Assembly: GCA_963817785.1 (NCBI GenBank)
Contig: CAWFPL010000008.1
Location: forward strand, 1,360,463 to 1,424,462
DNA: 64,000 nt
Reading direction: 5' to 3'
Source of the DNA: an uncultured Pseudomonadota bacterium
GTDB taxonomy: Bacteria > Pseudomonadota > Gammaproteobacteria > Burkholderiales > SG8-39
The notes under the pieces are model-generated. The model worked only from the letters and a program-made list of their open reading frames with translations. It was not told the DNA's origin and did no database searches. A program made the translations under genes and the position numbers. The stretch's first letter is position 1. Each line of letters starts with the position of its first letter. This document shows positions 56,275 to 64,000 of the stretch, piece by piece.

Positions 56275-57459
56275 CTACAGCGCTTCCAGCGCCAGCGCGA
56301 TGCCCTGCCCGCCGCCGATGCACAGCGTCGCGACGCCGCGCTTCAGGCCGTCGCGCTTCATCGAGTGCATGAGCCGCGTGGCGAGGATCGCTCCGGTGGC
56401 CCCGATCGGATGGCCGTGCGCGATCGCCCCGCCCTCCACGTTCACCACGTCCTCGGCCAGCCCGAGCTCGCGCAGGCAGGCGAGCGCGATCGCGGCGAAC
56501 GCCTCGTTGATCTCGACGCGCTGGAGGTCGCCGATCTTCCAGCCGGCGCGCTCGAGCGCCTGGCGCACCGCCGGCACCGGGCCGATGCCGAACATTCCCG
56601 GCTCGACCGCCGCCACGCCGTAGGACACGAGCCGGGCCATCGGCTCGAGGCCGTTCTTGTCGGCCCAGCCGCGCTCGGCGACGATCATCGCCGCCCCGGC
56701 GCTGTTCAGACCCGGCGCGTTGCCGGCCGTGATCGTGCCGTCCTTGCGGAAGGCCGGCTTGAGCTTCGCCAGCGTCTCAGCCGTGGTGTCCGGCCGGTTG
56801 TGCTCGTCCTTGTCGAACACCACCGGCCCCTTGCGGCCGGGCAGCTCGAGGGCGACGATCTCGCGCTTGAACTTCCCCGCGGCCTGCGCGGCGCCGAAGC
56901 GCTGCTGCGAGCGCAGCGCCCAGCGATCCTGATCGGCGCGCGAGACGTCGTACTTGGTCACCATGTCCTCGGTGTGCCAACCCGAGTGCTGGCCGCTGAA
57001 GGCGTCGTTGAGCCCGTCGTGCAGCATCGCGTCGTAGATCTGCGCGTTGCCCATGCGGTAGCCCCAGCGCCCCCCGTGCATCAGGTACGGCGCCTGGTCC
57101 ATGTTCTCCATGCCGCCGGCAATGGCGCAGCGGATCATCCCGGACCAGATCTCGAGCGCGGCGCTGGCGACGCTCTGCGCGCCCGAGCCGCACACGCGGT
57201 TCACGGTCAGCGCCGGAACCTTCACCGGTAGGCCGCCCTGGATCGCAGCCTGGCGCGCCGGGTTCATCTTGACGCCGGCCTGGATGACGTTGCCTAGCAC
57301 CACCGCGTCCACATTTTCGGGCGCGAGCCCCGAGCGCTTCAGCACCTCGCGGATCGCGGCGGCGCCGAGCGCGGGCGCGGGCGTGTCCTTGAGCGTGCCG
57401 CCGTAAGTGCCGATGGCGGTGCGAACGGGGTTGCAAAGCACCACTTCCAGACCTGCCAT
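56275..57459 (-). CDS. acetyl-CoA C-acetyltransferase (thiolase II)
   Basis: ATG 57459 after the RBS aaggaga, inside ORF 56275..57564. Active-site NRVCGSG and C-terminal GGAIAHGHPIGATG…LCIGGGQG. Confidence 0.9.
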   Translation of the reverse strand: MAGLEVVLCNPVRTAIGTYGGTLKDTPAPALGAAAIREVLKRSGLAPENVDAVVLGNVIQAGVKMNPARQAAIQGGLPVKVPALTVNRVCGSGAQSVASAALEIWSGMIRCAIAGGMENMDQAPYLMHGGRWGYRMGNAQIYDAMLHDGLNDAFSGQHSGWHTEDMVTKYDVSRADQDRWALRSQQRFGAAQAAGKFKREIVALELPGRKGPVVFDKDEHNRPDTTAETLAKLKPAFRKDGTITAGNAPGLNSAGAAMIVAERGWADKNGLEPMARLVSYGVAAVEPGMFGIGPVPAVRQALERAGWKIGDLQRVEINEAFAAIALACLRELGLAEDVVNVEGGAIAHGHPIGATGAILATRLMHSMKRDGLKRGVATLCIGGGQGIALALEAL

Positions 57460-57655
57460 GTCAGTCTCCTTGCGGGCGCCGGCGAAGCATTGCGGCGCGC
57501 GCGGTTCCCGTCGCCACGGTATTGCAGACGGTTCCGGTTGCCCGATGCGGCATTGTCCCGGCACGGCCGCGCGCCGCTTTGACGTCGATCAAGCGCAGGT
57601 CGACTGCACAACCGCTTCGGACCGGCGGACTGCGCCGATTCGGCGCGGCCGGCAA

Positions 57656-58726
57656 CTAACGTGCCGGGACGTCGAAGAGCTCCGCGACCCGGCTGTCCGT
57701 CCCCTTCGAGAACAGGCTTTGGCAGGCGCGGACGACCGCGGAGTCGAACAGCGTCCCGCTGCCCTTCTTCAGCTCCGCCAAGGCGGTGCTCACCCCCAGG
57801 GCGGGATGGTAGGGACGATGCGAGGCGATCGATTCGATGACGTCGGCGACCGCCACGATTCTCGCATCGATCGTGATCTCGTCCCCCTTCAGGCCGTCGG
57901 GGTAGCCGCTGCCGTCGAGCCGTTCATGATGGTGGCAGACGGCATCGGCCACCGGCCAGGGAAACTCCACGCTCTTCAGCATCTCGTAGCCGAAGCGGGC
58001 GTGGCGCTTGACCATGCTGAACTCCTCGACGCTCAGCCGGCGCGGCAGCACGAGAATCTCGATCGGCACGCCGATCTTGCCGACGTCATGCACCTCCCCG
58101 GCGATCAGCAGACCCTCGTTGGTCGCCTCGGGCAATCCCAGGGCCCGGCCGATCTCGGCGGCGAGCAATCCGACCCTCCTCTGGTGGCCGGCCGTGTACG
58201 GGTCCCTGATCTCGCTGATCGAGCTGATCGCGCCGATGGTTCCGCGGAGCGTGGCCTCGAGCTTCCTCACCGAGCCCTTGAGATCGTCCTCGGCGCGCTT
58301 GCGCGCGCTGACGTCGATCACGACGAGCAGCGTCGCCGGACGTCCGCGAAACGAGGCGCTGCTGCCGAAACACTCGAGCTCCACGGGCCAGCCGTCCTTG
58401 CGCCGGGCTTTCACCGGGTGCGCGGCGTCCTGCTCGCGCCTGCGGCGCTCGTGGCTGACGCTGCGCATGGCGAGATCCTCGAGCAGGTCCGGCAGCACCT
58501 TCTTCGCAGGCAGCCGGCCGAGCTCCTCGCTCGTATACCCGAGCATGCCGACGAAGCGATCGTTGCAGAAGACAATGCGTCCGCGCTGGACGACGCACAT
58601 CCCCGCCAGGGGCTGCTGCCACAGCAGCGACAGCGCCTCGATCTTCTCGTCGGCCGATACGCGAAGCTGCCCGGCTTCGGCCGCAGCCCTGGAGCGGGAG
58701 CGCTTCGGCACGGCCTGGGCAGTCAT
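57656..58726 (-). CDS. PAS domain-containing HD-GYP phosphodiesterase
   Basis: N-terminal PAS domain (…VVQRGRIVFCNDRFVGMLGY…). HD (VHDVGK) and HHERLDGSGYP motifs. Confidence 0.85.
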   Translation of the reverse strand: MTAQAVPKRSRSRAAAEAGQLRVSADEKIEALSLLWQQPLAGMCVVQRGRIVFCNDRFVGMLGYTSEELGRLPAKKVLPDLLEDLAMRSVSHERRRREQDAAHPVKARRKDGWPVELECFGSSASFRGRPATLLVVIDVSARKRAEDDLKGSVRKLEATLRGTIGAISSISEIRDPYTAGHQRRVGLLAAEIGRALGLPEATNEGLLIAGEVHDVGKIGVPIEILVLPRRLSVEEFSMVKRHARFGYEMLKSVEFPWPVADAVCHHHERLDGSGYPDGLKGDEITIDARIVAVADVIESIASHRPYHPALGVSTALAELKKGSGTLFDSAVVRACQSLFSKGTDSRVAELFDVPAR

Positions 58727-58846
58727 GCGGCAGATGAGATGGGCAAGTATTCAGCCGGATCAGGGCGGGCTACGCCACCGCAATGTTACCGAACGGAGCG
58801 CCCGGAAAGGTGAAGGATTGCAAAACGGGGAAGCCGCCATCGGCGG

Positions 58847-59344
58847 CTAATGCAGACGGTACGCCGCGTGGCAGGCCACGCAGCGCTGCGTGAGGTCGGC
58901 GAGCGCGCCCAGCGCCGGGCGCAGATCGCCGGTCGCGGCCGCCTTGTCGACCTCGATCGCGAAGCGGCTCGCCGCCTTGTGCATCTCGGTACCCATGGCC
59001 TGCATGCCCGCGGGCATGTAGGGGGCGACCTCGTGCGCGCCGTGCAGCTCGAACGAGCTCAGGCCAAGGCGGTGCTCCGCGAGCTTCGCGGCTTCGTCGT
59101 AGGCGTTGTTCGCGAGCGCGGCCTGGATCCTCTGCAGCGTCGCGAGGTGGTCGCGCATGTTGCGCATCTCGTGCTCGAGCAGCATGGGCGGGAAGCTCAC
59201 GCTCTGGCGCGTATCGGCGGGCTGTGGCATCGGCATGGACATGGCGGCGGGCAGCGCAGGTTCGTGCCGATGCTCGGCGGCGTGCGGCGCAGCGGCGCTC
59301 GCGAGTGCGGCGGCGGCGACGGTGATCAATAAAAGGTGCTTCAC
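58847..59344 (-). CDS. periplasmic c-type cytochrome, class II-like (single C-terminal CxxCH)
   Basis: GTG 59344 after ggagaag. Signal peptide VKHLLLITVAAAALASAAA. A helical body ends …LTQRCVACHAAYRLH. The long ORF-track version (to 59836) overlaps the next gene in another frame. Confidence 0.55.
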   Translation of the reverse strand: MKHLLLITVAAAALASAAAPHAAEHRHEPALPAAMSMPMPQPADTRQSVSFPPMLLEHEMRNMRDHLATLQRIQAALANNAYDEAAKLAEHRLGLSSFELHGAHEVAPYMPAGMQAMGTEMHKAASRFAIEVDKAAATGDLRPALGALADLTQRCVACHAAYRLH

Positions 59345-59382
59345 GGATCTTCTCCAGGGACTCGGTCCGGGGTGCGCGAATC

Positions 59383-59826
59383 TCAGCGGGTTTGCGTGCC
59401 ACCCGGCTTGCACGGATACGCCCGGCGCAGCGCGATCCCCGCCAGGACGCCCGCCTCCTCGCGCAAGCGCGCCTCGGGCTGGCTGCGCAGCGCCTTCACC
59501 AGCACGCGGACCATCTGCAGGTTGGTGACGCCCTGCGGAACGCAGAAGAACCTGCGCTTTTCGTATTCCGCCATGTCGCCGCTGGCGCCGAGCGCCGAGA
59601 CCTTCACGCCCTCGCCGAAGCCCTGGATGTAGCCCATGCACTGCCCGGCCTTGTAGGGATCGACGTTGGGCGCACCGTCGGCGCCCTTGACGACCTCGGT
59701 GCAATTCGCCAGCAGCTCGCTGCCGCTCATCGCCGCCGCCGGCGCGGACGAGAGCAGACCGAATGCGAGCGCCAAGGCTGCCGATAATCGAGCCACGCGG
59801 TTTTCTCCTTGCGAATGCCGGTACAC
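59383..59826 (-). CDS. Rap1a/Tai4-like putative periplasmic (T6SS-immunity-type) protein
   Basis: Signal peptide …LALAFGLLSSAPAAA. The pattern ELLANC…GQCMGYIQGF…FFCVPQGVTNLQMVRVLVKALRSQPE…ALRRAYPC matches my recollection of the family. The start may be an internal GTG (VARLS). Confidence 0.5.
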   Translation of the reverse strand: MYRHSQGENRVARLSAALALAFGLLSSAPAAAMSGSELLANCTEVVKGADGAPNVDPYKAGQCMGYIQGFGEGVKVSALGASGDMAEYEKRRFFCVPQGVTNLQMVRVLVKALRSQPEARLREEAGVLAGIALRRAYPCKPGGTQTR

Positions 59827-60019
59827 GCGCTTTCAACGCTGCAGACGGCGGACGACGACCGAGGAGCCCGAATCATACAGGCAGTCTCATCGGCCACGTC
59901 CCATCGCGTGACAGGAAACCGCAGCACTGCTCGAGCCCCGCAAGCGAGGACTTGGCGGCTATCATGCGGGAGCGCCTCGCACCCGAGGCTGAATTGACCG
60001 ATTTCTGCCCACGACCGGG

Positions 60020-60244
60020 ATGACCGCTTCCGCACCGATTCTCCGCTCCGTGCTCACGTGTCCGCGCTGCGGCTTCGCGCGCGAGGAGACGATGCCGACC
60101 GACGCCTGCCAGTTCTTCTACGAGTGCGCCGGTTGCGGCGCGCTGCTGCGCCCAAAACCCGGCGAGTGCTGCGTGTTCTGCTCCTACGGCAGCGTGCGCT
60201 GCCCGCCCATGCAGCAGCCCGCGGGCGATTGCTGCGGCAGGTAG
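60020..60244 (+). CDS. GDCCVxC-domain small cysteine-rich (metal-binding-type) protein
   Basis: 74 aa. TCPRCG…MPTDACQFFYECAGCGALLRPKPGECCVFCSYGSVRCPPMQ…CCG. Confidence 0.65.
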   Translation: MTASAPILRSVLTCPRCGFAREETMPTDACQFFYECAGCGALLRPKPGECCVFCSYGSVRCPPMQQPAGDCCGR

Positions 60245-60272
60245 CGAAGGCCACACTGCGCCCACCGCAGCC

Positions 60273-60884
60273 ATGAGCGCCGATACGCTGCAGCACGTGA
60301 TCGACGCGCGCGGCGCGTTCCTGCACCGTTACGGCTACCTGGCGGTGTTCCTGCTCGTCATGCTCGAAGACTTCGGCCTGCCGACGCCGGGCGAGACGAC
60401 GCTGATCGCCGCTTCGCTGATCGCCGCGCGCGGCGGGCTGCGCATCGAGTGGGTGGCCGCGTGCGCGTGGCTCGGCGCAGTGATCGGCGACAACATCGGC
60501 TTCGCCATCGGGCGCTACGGCGGCATGCGGCTGCTGGCGCGCTACGGCCGCTACGTCGGCATCAACGCCGAGCGGCTGTCCTTCGTGCAGCGCTTCTTCG
60601 ACCGCTGGGGCGGCGCGATGGTCGTGCTCGCACGCTTCGTCGAGATCGCGCGCCAGATCAACGGCATCGTGGCGGGCAGCGCCGGGATGACGCGGCGCCA
60701 CTTCCTGCTGTACAACGCGCTCGGCGCGGCGCTCTGGGTCGGGGTCTGGTCGCTTGGAACTTTTCTGGTCGGAGATCGCTTCCTCGCCTATCTGCCGGAC
60801 ATGGCGCGGGCGAGCTACGCCCTGCTCGCCGCGGCGCTCGTGCTGCTGATCGGCTACGGCTGGTGGTTGCGGCGCCGGCGCTAG
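60273..60884 (+). CDS. DedA family membrane protein
   Basis: 203 aa. …LEDFGLPTPGETTLIAASL…GDNIGFAIGRYGG… are the DedA motifs. Confidence 0.85.
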   Translation: MSADTLQHVIDARGAFLHRYGYLAVFLLVMLEDFGLPTPGETTLIAASLIAARGGLRIEWVAACAWLGAVIGDNIGFAIGRYGGMRLLARYGRYVGINAERLSFVQRFFDRWGGAMVVLARFVEIARQINGIVAGSAGMTRRHFLLYNALGAALWVGVWSLGTFLVGDRFLAYLPDMARASYALLAAALVLLIGYGWWLRRRR

Positions 60885-60909
60885 TGCAGCGACCTGGTCG
60901 GCCCGCCGG

Positions 60910-63900
60910 CTAGGCGGGCTTGACGCCGCTGCCGCCGCCATTTGTGCCGCGCAGCAGCGCCTCGAACTCGTGCGCCGGCAGCGGCTTGTGGAACAGGAAG
61001 CCCTGCACCTGGTCGCAGCGCAGCAGCCGCAGCAGCTTGAGCTGCTCCTCGGAATCCACGCCCTCGGCGACGACGGTCAGGTTGAAGGCGCGCGCCAGCG
61101 TGATGATGGTGGACACCAGCGTCATGCTGTTCGGGTCGAGCGGCATGTTGACGATGAACGAGCGATCGATCTTGAGCGCGTCGATCGGCAGCTTCGACAG
61201 GTAGGCGAGCGACGAGTAGCCGGTGCCGAAGTCGTCCACGGCGATGCCGATGCCGGCCTCGCGCAGCTTGCGCAGCTTGGCGATCGAATCCTCGATGCTT
61301 TCCATGACCAGCGTCTCGGTGATCTCCAGGCTGACGCCGCCCGCGCCGCCGCCCGACGCCACTGCGGCGATCACCTGCTCGGCGAAGTCCGGCCTGCGCA
61401 TCTGGATCTGCGAGACGTTGACCGCGATCGACGGACAAAGGAGGCCCGCGGCCTTCCACTGCGCCCAAGCGGCCGACGCAGTCTTCAACACCCACTGGCC
61501 GACTTGCAGGATGAGCCCCGTTTCCTCGAGAACCGGGATGAACATCCCTGGCCCGACCAGTCCCGCTTCCGGGTCCTGCCACCGGATCAGCGCCTCGGCA
61601 CCGATGATGGTGCCGCGCTGCAGGTCGAGCTTGGGCTGGTAATACAGCACGAACTGCTCCTGCTCGACCGCTTGGCGCAGGCGGTTCTCGAGCAACAGCC
61701 GCTCCGCCACGCGCGCGTTCAGCTCGGGCCGGTAGGCGACGAAAGGTTCGCGGCCCTTGCGCGCGCGCTCGAGCGCCGATTCCGCATTGGCGAACAGCTC
61801 GGAGCTGCTCGCGCCGTCGGAGGGGAACACCGCGACCCCGATGCGTACGTCGATGCGCAGCTCGGTGCCGTCGATCGCGATGGGCTGGGTCAAGGCGGCG
61901 CGCAGCCCCTCCACCCAGCGCGCCACGCCCGAGGCGTCGCCCACGCCTTCGCGGATCGCCCCGAAGGTATCGGCCGCGATCCTGCCGACGTTTTCCGCGG
62001 TGGCGTGCTCGGCGAGGCGCGCGGCCATGCGCTTGAGCACGGCGTCTCCCTTGTGCATGCCGAACGTCTCGTTGATGCGCCGGAAGCGCACGATGTTGAT
62101 GGCGGCGACCACGAAGCCGCGCCCGGCGTGCACCAGCTGCGCGATGCGGTCCTGGAACAGAGTGCGGTTGGCGAGATCGGTCAGGCTGTCGTAGAGAGCG
62201 AGATAGCTGATGCGCTCCTCCTTGCCGAGATGGTCGAGCGCGAACCCCACGTCGCCGGCAAGCTCCTCGAGGAGCCGAACCTCCTCGTCGTCGAACGCGT
62301 TCCTCTCGCGCGATGCGATGGTGATGACGCCGAACACCGCCTCGCCGGCCTGGATCGGCAGCGCGGCAAGCGCTGCGCAACCCGCCTGCATCGCTTCGAC
62401 CCGCAGCGGCGAGCGATTCGCATCCGCCTCGAGGTCGTTGCACGCGACCACGTGCCGGGTGCGGTAGGCCTGCGCCACCATCAGTGGCGGGGCGGAGTCG
62501 CGCACGTCCACTTCATGGATCGCCAGGTTTTCGGGCCCGGCGTAGGCAGCCGGAACCAGCTCGGTCCGGTCCTGGTTGATCATGCGGATGTGCACGAACA
62601 GGAATCCGCCCGTGTCGACCACCAGCCGGCAGGCCGCGTTGAACAGCTCTTCGCGGCTCTTGACGCGCACGATGGTCGAATTGATCCCGCTCAGCATCGC
62701 ATGCATGCGGGTCAGCCGGGCGATGCGCTTCTCCTGCGCGCGGCGCTCGGTGATGTCCTCGGTCACCTCGACGCCGCCGACCACCCCGCCGAAAGCATCC
62801 ACGATCGGCGCGGCCGCGCTGAGGATCGTCTTGCGCGCGCCGTCGAGGGATTCGATGTCGATCAGCTCGTTGAGCGAGGTCTTGCCGTCGCGGACCGCGC
62901 GGTCGAGCGCCCACTGCCCGGGCTCGACGCGCCGCGCGGTGTCCGCCCACCAGGCCTTGCGCTCGGGACGGGCTGCCCCTCTGGCCAGGCCCGCGCCGCC
63001 CCAGATGCGCTCGACCGCGGGATTGCCGATCACGATTGCGCCCTTGCGGTCGGCGACACGGACCCCGACCGGGAGCGTATCGAGCACCTTGCGCAGCAGC
63101 GCCTCGTTGGCCGCGAGCCTGTCCGCGGCCTGCTTGCGCTCGATCGCCGTGCCGAGCTGGCGCGCGACCCCGACGATCAGCCGGACCATGCGCTCGTCCT
63201 GCGCACCGACCGCGCGGCGCAGCAGCAGCAGCCCCGCGAGCGGCTTGCCGTCGTGGCCCGGCACCGTCACCGCCAGGATCGCACGCAAGCCCGCGGCGAT
63301 GGCGTCCGCGCGCCGCAGAAACCGGGTCGTACCCCTGGACTGGGTCAGGTCGGGGATCCAGCTCGGCTCGCCGCTCTGCCACGTCGCGAGCATCAGGCTT
63401 CCCGTGGTGTCGATCGCAATCTCCCGCTCGCGCCCTTGCTTGGCAAAGCGCTCGATCGCCGGATCTTCGATGTGCCACACGGCAGCGGCACGCGGAACGC
63501 CCTGCTCCTCCAGCCATGCCTCCGCGCAGTCCCAGCCGCTCGCCTCGCAGATCGTCCTGAGCGCGACCTCGAGCGCGGCGGGCACGTCGGCGGCCGAGGA
63601 CATCCCGTCGGTCACCGCGAGCAGCAACCGCACCTCCTCCTCGCTGCGCTTGGCCTCGGTGATGTCCTGCAGCGTGACGAGCCAGCGCTGCTTGCGGTCC
63701 GCGGAATCGAACGCCGCAGCCGGTTCGCTCACCTGGCGCAGCCACGCCCAACTGGCGTCAGCGCGCCGCACCCGGTACTGTTCATCCAGACGCGTGCCCC
63801 GGGTGGCGGCTTCCTTGGAGACCTCGCGCAGCCGCTCGCGGTCAGCGGGGTGCACCAACGCGAGCCACTCGCGCAGGCTGCTCGGCACCTGGTCCGGATC

Positions 63901-64000
63901 GCAGCCGGCGATCAGCGGCAACGTATCGGACCAGCTTTCGAGGCCCCCGTCGGCGCGCGCGACGAGGTGCGCGAGCTTCGCCAGGCTCTGCGCGTGCCTG
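60910..64000 (-). CDS. multidomain PAS/GAF sensor with degenerate GGDEF and intact EAL domains (5' end beyond window)
   Basis: ORF 60910..63921 starts at a TTG. The frame stays open to base 63999 (…RHAQSLAKLAHLVARADGGLESWSDTLPLIAG…), so the gene is N-terminally truncated by the window edge. The GGDEF position reads AADTF (61963-61977). EAL motifs EALIRW, DDFGTGYSSL and EGVD are present. Confidence 0.9.
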   Translation of the reverse strand, partial: RHAQSLAKLAHLVARADGGLESWSDTLPLIAGCDPDQVPSSLREWLALVHPADRERLREVSKEAATRGTRLDEQYRVRRADASWAWLRQVSEPAAAFDSADRKQRWLVTLQDITEAKRSEEEVRLLLAVTDGMSSAADVPAALEVALRTICEASGWDCAEAWLEEQGVPRAAAVWHIEDPAIERFAKQGREREIAIDTTGSLMLATWQSGEPSWIPDLTQSRGTTRFLRRADAIAAGLRAILAVTVPGHDGKPLAGLLLLRRAVGAQDERMVRLIVGVARQLGTAIERKQAADRLAANEALLRKVLDTLPVGVRVADRKGAIVIGNPAVERIWGGAGLARGAARPERKAWWADTARRVEPGQWALDRAVRDGKTSLNELIDIESLDGARKTILSAAAPIVDAFGGVVGGVEVTEDITERRAQEKRIARLTRMHAMLSGINSTIVRVKSREELFNAACRLVVDTGGFLFVHIRMINQDRTELVPAAYAGPENLAIHEVDVRDSAPPLMVAQAYRTRHVVACNDLEADANRSPLRVEAMQAGCAALAALPIQAGEAVFGVITIASRERNAFDDEEVRLLEELAGDVGFALDHLGKEERISYLALYDSLTDLANRTLFQDRIAQLVHAGRGFVVAAINIVRFRRINETFGMHKGDAVLKRMAARLAEHATAENVGRIAADTFGAIREGVGDASGVARWVEGLRAALTQPIAIDGTELRIDVRIGVAVFPSDGASSSELFANAESALERARKGREPFVAYRPELNARVAERLLLENRLRQAVEQEQFVLYYQPKLDLQRGTIIGAEALIRWQDPEAGLVGPGMFIPVLEETGLILQVGQWVLKTASAAWAQWKAAGLLCPSIAVNVSQIQMRRPDFAEQVIAAVASGGGAGGVSLEITETLVMESIEDSIAKLRKLREAGIGIAVDDFGTGYSSLAYLSKLPIDALKIDRSFIVNMPLDPNSMTLVSTIITLARAFNLTVVAEGVDSEEQLKLLRLLRCDQVQGFLFHKPLPAHEFEALLRGTNGGGSGVKPA

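Noticed and set aside
58847-59836. 329-aa ORF treated as a single gene.
   Set aside because: Only the last 165 codons, from GTG 59344 with a signal peptide and RBS, look like a protein (the cytochrome). The upstream part overlaps the better-supported Rap1a-like gene in another frame.

Overview
A very GC-rich bacterial chromosomal segment. Gene order suggests a betaproteobacterium: ispB divergent from rplU-rpmA-obg-proB, and surE-pcm-nlpD-rpoS. This taxonomic call is inference from synteny only. All calls come from reading the ORF translations and the DNA by eye, with no searches run. Family names are recognised from memory of motifs. Most ORF-track entries are antisense or shadow frames typical of high-GC DNA. 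Many real genes start well inside the listed ORF, so I re-derived starts from N-terminal conservation, RBS and stop/start overlaps.

Layout:
- 1-13233, minus strand: an XrtA (exosortase A)/PEP-CTERM exopolysaccharide locus. It holds an O-antigen-ligase-like gene (partial), a PaaK-like ligase, four glycosyltransferases, an AsnB-type amidotransferase, an XrtA-EpsI fusion, a FemAB-like gene, a DUF218 gene and a LuxI-like N-acyl amino acid synthase.
- 13234-16916: a decayed integrative islet at tRNA-Pro(CGG). It holds an integrase with a frameshift in a G5/C5 run, a SAM methyltransferase and about 1 kb of low-coding DNA.
- 16947-34226: housekeeping genes. These are ispB, rplU, rpmA, obg and proB; a CNP1-like/DUF3501/rubrerythrin operon; a CBS gene and rppH; proS coupled to an SLT/DUF58/transglutaminase/MltB string; and rpoS, nlpD, pcm, surE and a DUF1840 gene.
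- 34540-40934: a Liv-type ABC importer and a YeiH-family transporter.
- 40951-49024: the least-characterised stretch. It holds two hypotheticals; an NMD3-like zinc-ribbon gene divergent from a THUMP-like / 94-aa / CheR-type methyltransferase operon; a perfect 21-bp hairpin; and a convergent Ddh-like / orphan rtcA / M28 peptidase operon divergent from an acyl-CoA synthetase.
- 49125-64000: Yip1, PAP2, a YbhGFSR-like ABC-2 exporter, UspA, thiolase, PAS-HD-GYP, a class II-like cytochrome c, a Rap1a/Tai4-like gene, a GDCCVxC protein, DedA and a large PAS/GAF-GGDEF(degenerate)-EAL protein that runs off the window end.

I saw no CRISPR array, rRNA or intact transposon. The best candidates for an undescribed system are the THUMP-like/CheR-type module and the adjacent rtcB-less rtcA operon. 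Both are hypotheses only.
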